Assembly: GCF_044704955.1 (NCBI RefSeq)
Contig: NC_091999.1
Coordinates: 57,102,001-57,166,000 of the forward strand
DNA from: Pristiophorus japonicus
Lineage: Eukaryota
Direction of reading: 5' to 3'
Length of the DNA stretch: 64,000 bases
Shown: piece after piece, positions 35,332 through 46,430 of the stretch
How positions within the stretch are numbered: the stretch's first letter is position 1
How the letters are laid out: every line of letters begins with the position of its first letter
The notes under the pieces: generated by a model
What the model saw: only the letters and a program-made list of their open reading frames with translations
What the model was told of the DNA's origin: nothing
The model's database searches: none
Made by a program: the position numbers and the translations under genes

Positions 35332-38300
35332 TAAGAACATAAGAACATAAGAATTAGGAACAGGAGTAGGCCATCGAGCCCCTCGAGCATGCTCCGCCAT
35401 TTAACAAGATCACGGCTGATCTGGCCGTGTACTCAGCTCCACTTACCCGCCAGCTCCCCATAATCCTTAATTACCTTATTAGTTAAATATCTATCTATCT
35501 GTGATTTGAATATATTCAATGAGCTTGCCTCAACTGTTTCCTTGGGCAGAGAATTCCACAGATTCACAATTCTCTGGGAGAAGAAATTCTTTCTCAACTC
35601 GGTTTTAAATTGGCTCCCTCGTATTTTGAGGCTGTGCCCCCTAGGTCTCGTCTCCCCGACCAGTGGAAACAACCTCACTGCTTCTATCTTGTCTATCCCT
35701 TTCATTATTTTAAATTTTTCTATAAGATCAACCCTCATCCTTCTGGTCCCCAACGAGAAAAGACCCAGTCTGCTCAATCTATCATCATAAGATAACACCC
35801 TCATCTCCGGAATCAGCCGAGTGAATCGTTTCGGTACTCCCTCCAAAGCTAGTGTATCCTTCCTTAAGTAAGGTGACCAAAACTGCACGCAGTACTCCAG
35901 GTGCGGCCTCACCAATACCCTGTACTGCTGCAGCAGGACCTCCCTGCTTTTGTACTCCATCCCTCTCGCAATGAAGGCCAACATTCCATTCGCCTTCCTG
36001 ATTACTTGCTGCACCTGCAAACTAACTTTATGGGATTCATGCACAAGGACCCCCAGGTTCCTCTGCACCGTAGCATGTTGTAATTTCTTCCCATTCAAAT
36101 AATATTCCCTTTTCCTGTTTTTTTTCCAAGAAGAATGACCTCACATTTTCCGACATTGTATTCCATCTTCAAAACCTTAGCCCATTCGCTTAACCTATAT
36201 AAATCTCTTTGCAGCCTCTCTTTGTCGTCTACACAACCCGCTTTTCCACTAATCTTTGTGTCATCTGCAAATGTTGTTGCACTACACTCTGTCCCCTCTT
36301 CCAGGTCATGTATGTATATTGTAAACAGTTGTGGTCCCAGCACCGATCCATGTGGCACATCGCTAACCACCGATTTCCAACCAGAAAAGGACCCATTTAT
36401 CCCAACTCTCTGCTTTCTGCTCGCCGGCCAATTCTTGATCCATGCTAATACATTTTCTCTGACTCCGTGTACCTCTATCTTCTGCAGTAACCTTTTGTGT
36501 GGCACCTTATCGAATGCCTTTTGGAAATCTAAATACACCACATCCATCGGTACACCTCTATCCACCATGCTCGTTATATCCTCAATGAATTCCAGTAGAT
36601 TAGTTAAACATGATTTCCCCTTCATGAATCCATGTTGCGTCTGCTTGATTGCACTATTTCTATCTAGATGTCCCGCTATTTCTTCCTTAATGATAGCTTC
36701 AAGCATTTTCCCCACTACAGATGTTAAACTAACCGGCCTTTCGTTAACTGCCTTTTGTCTGCCCCCTTTCTTAAACAGAGGCGTTATATTAGCTGCTTTC
36801 CAATCGGCTGGTACCTCTCCAGAGTCCAGAGAATTTTGGTAGATTATAACAAATGCATCTGCTATAACTTCCGCCATCTCTTTTAATACCCTGGGATGCA
36901 TTTTATCAGGACCAGGGGACTTGTCTACCTTGAGTTCCATTACCCTGTCCAGCACTACCCTCTTAGTGATAGAGATTATCTCAAAGGCCTCCCTTCCCAC
37001 ATTCCCGTGACCAGCAATTTTTGGCATTGTTTTTCTGTCTTCCACTGTGAAAACCGAAGCAAAATAATTGTTGAAGGTCTCAGCCATTTCCACATTTCCC
37101 TCCATTAAATCCCCCTTCTCATCTTCTAAGGGAGGAACATTTAGTTTAGTCACTCTTTTCCGTTTTATATATCGGTAAAACCTTTTATTTTCCGTTTTTA
37201 TGTTTTGTGCAAGTTTACTGTCGTAATCTATCTTTCCGTTCTTTATTGCTTTCTTTGTCATTCTTTGCTGTCGTTTAAACTTTTCCCAATCTTCTGGTTT
37301 ACCACTAACCTTGGCCAACTTATAGGCATTGGATTTTAATTTGATACTCTCCTTTATTTCCTTGGTTATCCACCGCTGGTTATCCCTTCTCTTTCCACCC
37401 TTCTTTTTCACTGGAATATACCTTTGCTGAGCACTATGAAAGAGCTCTTTAAATGTCCTCTACTGTTTCTCAATTGTGCAACCGTTTAGCTGTGTTTCCA
37501 GTCGACTTTAGCCATCTCTGCCCTCATCTCACTGTGGTCCCCTTTGTTTAAGCATTGTACGCTTGTTTGAGACACTACTTCCTCACCCTCAATCTGTATT
37601 ACAAATTCAACCATACTGTGCTCACTCATTCCGAGAGGATCTTTTACGAGGAGATCGTTTATTATTCCTGTCTCATTACACAGGGCCAGATCTAAGATAG
37701 CTTTCTCCCTTGCAGGTTTTGTAACATACTGTACTAAGAAGCAATCCCGTATGCATGCTAATAATTCCTCCTGAAGGCTACCCTGTCCGATTTGATTTGA
37801 CCAATCGAAATGTAGGTTAAAATCTCCATGATTACTCCCGTTCCTTTTTCACATGCCTCCATTGTTCCCTTGATTATTGTCCGCCCCACCGTGAAGTTAT
37901 TATTTGGGGGCCTATAAACTACGCACACCAGTGACTTTTTCCCCTTATTATCTCTAATCTCTCAAAACTGCCCTGATATCATCCTTTATTAATAGAGCTA
38001 CCCCACCTCCTTTCCCTTCTTGTCTATCTTTCCGAATTGTCAGATACCCCTGTATGTTTAATTCCCAGTCTTGCAGACCCCTGCAACCACGTTTCTGTAA
38101 TGGCCACCAAATCATACCCATTTGTAATGATTTGTGCCGTCAACTCATTTACTTTATTTCGAATGCTGCGTGCGTTTAGGTAGAGTGCTTTAATGCTAGT
38201 TTTTGAACCATTATTTTTAGTTTTGACCCATCCTGCAGCCCCTTTATATTTATACATATTGTCCCTTCCTATCACCTTGTGGTTTACACTGACCCGCGTG

Positions 38301-38450
38301 CTGCTCTGCTCTGTTGCCTCCTGCCTTTTGCATTATTTATTGGGGTCCTGTTCATCTGAGCTCTCCCCCAATCTAACTAGCTCAGAGCCCTCTTTTGGGT
38401 TCCGAATACTCCTCGCATTGAGGCACCGAGCTTTCATGCTTGCCTTTTTA
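35332..38450 (-). mobile_element. CR1 LINE, near full-length ORF2, comparatively young
   Basis: ALYLNARSIRNK...AITETWL endonuclease start, 438-aa RT ORF 36095-37411 (YLDFQKAFDKVPH, FADD), 221-aa C-terminal ORF, (aagaacat)n tail. Confidence 0.95.
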
Positions 38451-38690
38451 TTATAGTGGTACAGTGTAGAGGGAGCTTTACTCTGTATCTCACCCGTGCT
38501 GCACCTGTACTGCGAATATCCGCTGGAACAGTATAGAGGGAGATTTTCTCGACATCTAACAGATCTGTATCTGCCCTGGAATGGCTGGGACAAGTTAGAG
38601 GCAGATGTAGTCTGTGTCTACCCTGTGCTGTACTTGCACTGGAAACGTTTGGTGTCACAGTATAGAGGGAGCTTTATTCTATATTTAACC

Positions 38691-41600
38691 TGTTAAGTCC
38701 AGAAAAAGTAATATGATTGAGTACTGTCGATGTGAGTAAGTGTGACCTGTCTCTTTATTCTAACTTCAGAGTGCACGTACAACATGGAAGGTCTGCTTAT
38801 ATACAGTGCTCCCAAGGGACGCTGGGATCTCTTGGGACTCCAACAGATACGCCCTGTGGTGGTGGTAGAATTCTGGTTACATAGGGTTGCATACATAATA
38901 TCACTCCCTCCAAAAGTCAACAGGACACTTATTTGCAAGTTGAGACGATCTGGGGCTTTTTGCTCCTGAGCCGATCATCTCAGTACAAATGCAGATGCAG
39001 GTGAGTTGGTTGATTCTTCGTTGGGCTGCTGCGCAGCTGACCTTGCTGGGCTGCTGGGGATGATGAGTTCAGCTTCGTGGTCTGCAATGATGTTGGTTGC
39101 AACTTGTGTGTGCTTCGGAGGGCCGAAGTTGGTTGCTTGTGGCTGTCTGTGAATCGCAGTTTTGTTTTGTCCAAATGCTTTCTGCAAGTTATTCCATTTG
39201 CGAGTTTGACCTGAAACACCCTCCTCCCTTCTTTGGTTATGACAGTGCCAGCAAGCTATTTGGGACCATGTCCATAGTTGAGTACAAATACAGGGTCATT
39301 GACATCAATATTGCGTTACAAATTTGTGAGACCACAGAACATGCTTTGTTGATGCCTCCTGCCCTCGACTTGATCATGGAGATCAGGGTGAACGAGAGAA
39401 AGCCTTGTTTTGAGCACCCTTTTCAGGAGCAGCTCAGCTGGGGAACCCCGGTGAGAGCATGGTGTCTGATGCAGTGGCTGAGCAGGACTCGGACAGGTGG
39501 GTCTGCAGGCAGCCTTTTGACATGTGTTTCAAGCTTTGCTTGATGGTTTGGACTGCACGTTCTGTCTGACCATTGGATGCGGGCTTGAACGGGGCAGATG
39601 TGATGTGCTTGATCCCATTGCGTGTCATGAATTCCTTGAATTCAGCGCTGGTGAAGCATGGCCCATTGTCGCTGACAAGGACATCAGGCAGGCCGTGCGT
39701 GGCTGGTAGGTTTTCGAGGATGGCAGTGGACGTGCTTACAGACATTATTACACACTCAATCCAGTTAGAATAAACATCCACAAGAACGAAGAACATTTTG
39801 CCTAGAAATGGGCCAGCAAAGTTAACGTGAATCCTAGACCACGGTTTGGAGGGCCATGACCACAAACTTGGGTGCCCTGGGTGCACTGCTCAGTTGCGAG
39901 CAAGTGGTGCATTGGCGCACACAAGACTCCAAATCTGAGTCTATATTGGGCCACCACACATAGTGTCTGGCTATAGCTTTCATCATTACTATGCCTTGGT
40001 GGGCACAGTATAGGTCGCGTTTGAACATTTCCCTGCCTTTCTTGGGCAAAACCACGTGATTACCCCACAAAAGACAGTCCGTCTGTCTGGACATTTCGTC
40101 TTTACTCTGCTGGAACAGCTTGATCTCTTCATGCATCTCCGCTGGGACGCTGGACCAGCTCCCATGGAGGATACACTTTTTACAAGGGACAGTAAAGGAT
40201 CCTGGCTGGTCCTGGACCTGATCTGGCGGCTGTAACGGGTGACTTTTCATTTTCAATTGCATCCATCATCAAGAGCAAGTCTGCAGGCTGCGCCATTTCC
40301 AGCCCGGTGGTGGGAAAAGTAGCCGACTGAGGGCATCAGCGCTGTTCTCTGTGCCTGACCAGTGGTTAATTACATACTTATATGCATACAGCGTGAGCGC
40401 CCATCTTTGAATGCGAGCAGAAGCATTGGTTTTAATACCTTTGCTCTCTGTGAATAGCGATATGAGCGGCTTATGGTGAGTTTCTAACTCGAACTAAAGC
40501 CCAAACAGATACTGGTGCATTTTTTCACCTCGTAAACGCATGCCATAGCTACTTTTTCAATCATGCTGTAGGTCCTTTCGGCCTTGGACAAACTCCTGGT
40601 CGCATAGGCGACCGGTTGCAATGTTCCCAAATCGTTTGCTAATTGTAACACCCGCCCGGCCCTGTACAAAGATGCATCGCAAGCTAGCACTAAACGTTTA
40701 CATGGATCATACAGGACAACCAGTTTGTTGGAATATAACAGATTTCGGGCTTTCTCAAAAGCAGTATCTTTTGATTTCCCCCGTGCCTAATAATCTCCTT
40801 TGCGCAGCCACATGTGTAGAGGTTCTAGCAAGGTGCTTAACCCGGGTAGGAAATTACCAAAATAATTGAGGAGCCCCAGGAACGACCACAGCTCCGTCAC
40901 ATTCTGTGGTCTCGGCGCGTTCTTCATGGCCTCCATCTTGGCGTCAGTGAGTCTGATGCCATCTGCCACAATTCTTCTCCCTAAGAACTCGACCTTTGGC
41001 GCCAGGAAAACACACTGCGAGCGTTTCAACCTGAGTCCCACATGATCTCGCTGACTTAGAACCTCTTCCACGTTCTGCAAGTGCTCGATGTTGTCCCAAC
41101 CTGTGATCAGTATATCATCCTGAAAACCACGATGTGCAGAACCGAATGTAGCAGATTCTCCATGTCCCTTTGAATAATAGCCGCGGTCGATCGAATTCCA
41201 AATGGGCATCTAATGTCGATGAACACACCTTTGTGCGTGTTGATGCAGGTGAGGTCTTTTTTTTAAGATTCCGCCAGCTCCTGTGTCATGTAGGCCGAGG
41301 TCAGATCCAATTTGGTAAATATCTTTCCTCCTGCCAGTGTCGCAAATAGTTTGTTTGCCTTGGGTTGCTGGTACTGGTCCTGCAGCAAAAAATGGTTAAT
41401 CGTTAATTTATAGTCCCCGCCTATTCTGACCGTGACATTGCCCTTGAAAACCAGAGCAATCTGACTGGCCCATTCGTTGAACTCCACCAGTGCGATGATG
41501 TCCTCCCATTGCAGTCTGTCTCACTCGATCTCCACTTTCTCTCGCATCATATATGTCACTCCCCGTGCCTTGTGATGGATGGGTCATGTACCGGGAATCA

Positions 41601-43159
41601 AGTGGATCTGCACCTTTCCCCTCAAGCAACTTCCGATCCCTGGCTCAAACAATGATGGAATCTTGCTCAGAACCTGGGCACATGAGGCGTCATCGATGGA
41701 TGAAAGCGCTCGGATGTCATCCCAGTTCCAGCGTATTTTTCGCAGCCAGCTTCTGCCGAACAATGTGGGGGCATCTCCTGACACTATCCTTAGTGGTAGT
41801 TCATGTACTGTTCCATCATAACAGACTTTTAATACGGTGCTGTTAATTACAGGGATCAGCTCTTTCATGTAAGTTTTCAGCTTGGTGTGATGGGGCTCAG
41901 CTTGGGCCTGTCGAAGGCTCTTTTCTCATGATGGACTGACTCGTACCCATGTCCAATTCTATGGATACTGGAATTCCGTTCAGTTCAACATTTAACATGA
42001 TCGGTGGACATTTCGTGGTGAAGGTGTGTTCCCCGTACACTTCTGCCTCCTCGGTTTGAGTCTCTAGTTCTGTTTGATCTACCATGGATCGGTCTTCCAC
42101 TGCAATGTGGTGCTGTGCAGTGTTTGCAGCTTATCTGCACATTCGCTGGAGGTGTCCCATTGTTTCACAGCTTTTGCACGCATAGTGTTTGAAGCTGCAT
42201 TGATGGGCTCGATGATCAGCTCCGCAGTGCCAACAAGCTGTTAACTGCCTCGCATTAACGCTTGATGGCAGATTCTGAGTCATCTGAGATCATGCAGCTG
42301 CAGGCGTGTACATTCTGCCATATGCATTCCTGCCTGAAAACGATGTTACTTTGTGTACAATACTTGCCGAAACATCTGATTGTTGCGAAATTTGTTTGGT
42401 GTTATCGCTGGTGGAATAAATGCCTAGGTTATCATTATGCCTTTGCTCAGGTGCAGTGTTTCAACAGTCAATAGTTTGCGAAGGATATCCTAATGCCCAA
42501 TGCTAAGCACAAAAAATCTCTTAGCATTTACTCCAGGCATCCATCAAATTCGCAATGTCCTGCAAGGTGCGTTATTTCGCCGACGTAGCTCACCACTTCC
42601 TGGCCTTGAGACCGTTGACATGTGTAAAACCGATACCTTGCCATCAGAATGCTCTCCTTCGGATTTCGGTGCTCCTGGACCAGCCGACACAGTTCTTCAT
42701 ACCATTTGGTTGTTGGTTTCACCGGAGCAAGAAAATTCTTCATGAGCCATAGGTTGTTGCCCCGCAGAGAGTGAGGAGGATCGCCCTTTGTTTGGCAGCG
42801 TTCACATTCCCTGCCAGCTCGATGGCCATGAAGTATTAGTCGAGTCGCTGCATGAAGACCTCCCAATCGTCCCCTTCTGAGAATTTTTCCAGGATATCAA
42901 CAGTTCTCTGCATTTTCACATGATGGTTCATTATCTCGTCGCCAATTGTTATGTCCAGAATAAATTAATGTGAATGAGTACTGTAGACATGAGTAAATGT
43001 GATCTTGGTCTCTTTTTTCTAACTCCAGAGTGCACGTACAGCATGGGAGGCCTGCTAATATACAGTGTTCCCAATGGATGCTGGGATCCCTTGGGACTCC
43101 AACAGATATGCCCTCTGATCGCAGTAGATTGCTGGTTACATTGGGTTGCATACATAACA
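38691..43159 (-). mobile_element. Complete but decayed Ty3/Gypsy (Mag-like) LTR retrotransposon
   Basis: LTRs 38691-38900 and 42947-43159; TSD TAACC at 38686-38690 and 43160-43164; PBS TGGCGACGAG at 42935-42944; PPT near 38901-38916; gag CCHC knuckles, protease (LDMG), RT (KLDLTSAY, DDILI), RNase H (ACDAS) and integrase (SDNGPCF...NGQTERAVQ). Confidence 0.95.
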
Positions 43160-43358
43160 TAACCCATGTTGTACTTGCCCTGGGAATGTCTGATGGGACA
43201 GTGTAGAGGGAGCTTTGATCTATATCTACTCCATGTCCGTTGTACTCCGTAGAGGACGAAATCCACATTGTGACGTCAGGAGGAGCTCCTCAGCCACAGG
43301 GGAATTGGTTGAGGAGGATTCTAGTGATGACTTTCCCAGTGACTGGTAACAGGGAGAC

Positions 43359-44835
43359 TCATCTGTAATTGCCACAGTCGGACTTGTCTCCATTCTTAAA
43401 GATGGTCACGATTACTGCATCTCTGAGATCTCCAGGCCTGCTCTCCTCCTTCCAGATGAGAGAGATGAGGTCATGCATGCATGCCAATATTGCCTCTCCA
43501 CCATACTTTAGTGCCTCAGCGAGGATTCCATCCGCTCCCATTGCCTTGGTGTTCTTGAGCTGGCGGATGGCCTTTTCTATCTCGTGCAGGGCTGAGGTTT
43601 TGCTGAGATGTTGGCGGGTAGCATGCTGCTGGATGGAGTCGAGGACACTCGAGTCAAAGGCAGAGTCTCGGTTATGGACATCTTCGAAGTGCTCCTTCCA
43701 GCGGGTCCTGACTGCCACAGTGTCCTTGATGAGTGTTTCCCCATTCTTGGCCAGCAGTGGGGCGGTGCCTTGGGTGCTTGGGCCATAGGTGGCCTTGACT
43801 GCGATGAAGAATCCTCGCACATCGTGACTGTCAGCCAGCTGCTGAAACTCCTGTGATTTCTCCAGCCACCATCTATGCTTTCGCTCACAGTTTTTTTCTT
43901 GGACCTCCGCCTTAAGCTGTCTGTAATGCTGCTTTACTGCTCCCGAGTTGGGTTGTTGTTTTAGGTTCAGAAATACCTTGTGCTTGCGATTAATTAGCTC
44001 TTGCATCTCCTGGTCATTCTCATCAAACCAGTCCTGGTGTTTCCTCGATCAGGCCAACATCCCCAGCATCGAAGCACTGACCACACTCGACCAGCTTCAT
44101 TGGGTGGGCCACATTGTTCACAACTATTTTAAGTAGAACAATAATCAAGTTCCCCATGATTAAAGGGTGGAGGGGGTTCACACTCCAGAAACTTTCATTA
44201 AAGTGCCCCCTTGTTTTTTTTTAGGGAACCAAAAATACAAATTAACAATTCAACATAAAGGTAACTTTTGTCAAATCAAATCAAATGAATTAAAATTACA
44301 ATTCTGTTCCCTCTGGAATGATGCACTCCAGTCTATCTGGTGCTCACCTCTCATGGAAGGCCACGAGTCTACCGGTGGACACTGCATGCTCAATCTCCAG
44401 GGATACCCTGGCTCGACACATTGTTCACATGCCTGACACAAGACTCCCAAAGCAAGGCTCTTCTCGGAACTCCTACACGGCAAGCGAGCCTACAATGGGC
44501 AGAGGAAACCTTTCAACAACACCCTCAAGCCCCCTTGATAAAATTCAGCAACCCCCCGATACCTGGGAGTCCCTGACAAACGTTCACCCTAAGTTGAGTA
44601 AGTGCATCCGGGAGGGCTCTGAGCACCTCGAGTCTCATTGCCGAGAGCATGCAGAAACCAAGCGGAGGAGCATGCGGCAAACCACTCCCACCCAACCTTT
44701 CGTTCAACGACTTCTGTCCCACCTGTGACAGAGGATGTAATTCCCGTACTGGACTGTTTAGTCACGTAAGAACTCACCTTTCGAGTATAAGCAAGTTTTC
44801 CTCGATTTTGACGGACTGCCTGTGATGATGATGAT
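43359..44835. mobile_element. RTE-clade LINE with 5' inversion (- 43359-44040, + 44041-44835)
   Basis: Minus part: VKATYGP...WKEHF...DAVIVTIFKNGDKSDCGNYR. Plus part: IEALTTLDQLHWVGHIV...MPDTRLPKQ, ending in (gat)n at ~44823-44835. Confidence 0.85.
44123..44416 (-). mobile_element. Tx1-like LINE 3' end inserted in the RTE, with 13-bp TSD
   Basis: CACATTGTTCACA at 44110-44122 and 44417-44429; the insert resembles 61220-61520 (gatgcactccag...ggtgc.cacctctc..ggaagg). Confidence 0.75.
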
Positions 44836-45125
44836 GTGTTCCTAATCTGTGTTGTGCCTGTCCTGTGCATTTTTGGATTGGCTGTTAAGAGAGACGTTTA
44901 CCCTGCATCTAAATGATACTGTACATGCCCTGGCAGTGTTTGATGGGACAGTGTAGACGGAGCTTCACTCTGTATGTAATCCATGCTGTACCTGCACTGG
45001 GAGTGTTTAATGGGACAGTGTCGAGGGAGCTTTACTCCGTATCTAACCGGTGCAGTACATATCCTGGCAGTGTTAGATGGGACAGTGTAGAGGTAGCTTT
45101 ACACTGTATATTACCGTGCAGTTTC

Positions 45126-45575
45126 TGGCCCACTCCTGCTCCTATTTATCATGCTCCTATGTACCCAGCATGCCCGGCGGGGGAGAATGTGCCGCACCCA
45201 GACTACAGGAGCTCAGTGCGCAGGCGTGGGCCCAGGCAGTGTTTGGTGCATGCGCAGTGTTTTTAATGGCGGAGGAGACATGTTTTTGAGAGGTTCATGG
45301 GAAGTGTCCATATCGGCGGGGCGGAGGGGAGTAATCGACCAGCAGGGAGTCGTGGAGGCTTGATAAACAACCGGTGCTCGCCGCAAGCCCGGAATAATAA
45401 CCGGAATATCGGCGGTTGCAGCTTCGGGGCTTTCTACTGGTCACAGGCCCAGGCTGACGGCGGCCATCTTCGTGCAGGAAGGCAGGTTCAGCGCCCCAAA
45501 ATCTTGATTCAGTGAGTAGCACAGCGCATGCGCGGCCATCTCGGTGCAGGAACAACGTGAATGATGTCAATGTCT
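45126..45575 (+). promoter_or_regulatory. CpG-rich promoter cassette, copy 1 (likely ZNF gene promoter/first exon)
   Basis: GACTACA at 45201, GCGCATGCGC at 45524-45533, CCGGAA twice, GCCATCTT/AATGGCGG motifs; duplicated at 59691-60190. Confidence 0.6.
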
Positions 45576-45975
45576 GGAACTGAACCCAGCTGGAGTCAGT
45601 AACTTCAGGGGAGGAGAACCAGTGAATGTCGAGCTAAACCCAGCCAGAGTCAGTACCTTCAGGGGAGGGAAACCAGTGAGTGTAGAACTGAACGCAGCCA
45701 AAGTCAGTACGTTCAGTGGAGGGGACCCTGTGAGTGTAGAACTGAACCCAGCCACAGTCAGTACCTTCAGGGGAGGGGAACCAGTGAGTGTAGAACTGAA
45801 CCCAGCCAGAGTCAGTACCTTCAGGGGAAGGGAACCAGTGAGTGTAGATCTAAACCCAGCCAGAGTCAGCACCTTCAGGGGAGGGGAACCAGTGAGTGTC
45901 GAGCTGAACCCAGCCAGAGTCAATACCTTCAGGGGAGAGGAACCAGTGAGTGTAGAAATGAACCCAGCCAGAGCT
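45576..45975 (+). repeat. 54-bp tandem repeat, about 7 copies
   Basis: gaactgaacccagccagagtcagtaccttcaggggaggggaaccagtgagtgta; 18-aa periodicity in the ORF track. Confidence 0.92.
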
Positions 45976-45979
45976 GAGT

Positions 45980-46430
45980 GTTGCGGGCGGGCGGTTGCGG
46001 GGTTTGTGGGTGGGCTCTCCTCGCAGCCTTTGAGCTCGGGGTTCGGGTGAGGTGAGGCGGAGTTCTGCACAGGCTCGGGGCCAGTCAACTGTGGGAGATT
46101 AGCTGTGGACGGACGACGTTTTGCCCCCCCCCCCGCCCCGCGGAGGATGGATGAGCAGCCCAGGCAGTGCGCCCAGCCTCGCTGAGGACTCACATACTCA
46201 CGGACATGCACGGGCGGTGAGATTTGGCCGCCGAGTCGGCGGGAGCGGCACCTTCGGGCGGGGACGGGCCTTGGTTACTGTCGGGGGTTGCCGGGAGTTC
46301 GACCGCCATCTTTGGGCAGCACGGGTCCGCCCGCCACGGGGAGCAGGGAGCAGCAGGGGCGGGGCTTCCTCGACGTCACAATACTTTCCATTGTCCCGCT
46401 GCAGGGCAGATGCAGGATGTTGACCAGTGA
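45980..46430. promoter_or_regulatory. CpG island
   Basis: Very GC/CpG-rich; GGGGCGGGG and CRE-like GACGTCA near 46357-46378. Confidence 0.55.

Larger units (their letters stand above)
34040..45120 (-). repeat. 67-bp satellite array in reverse orientation, split by nested TEs (pieces 34040-34580, 35260-35330, 38455-38690, 43160-43240, 44840-45120)
   Basis: gtgtagagggagctttactctgtatctaacccgtgctgtacctgccctgggagtgtttgatgggaca units flank each insertion. Confidence 0.85.
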
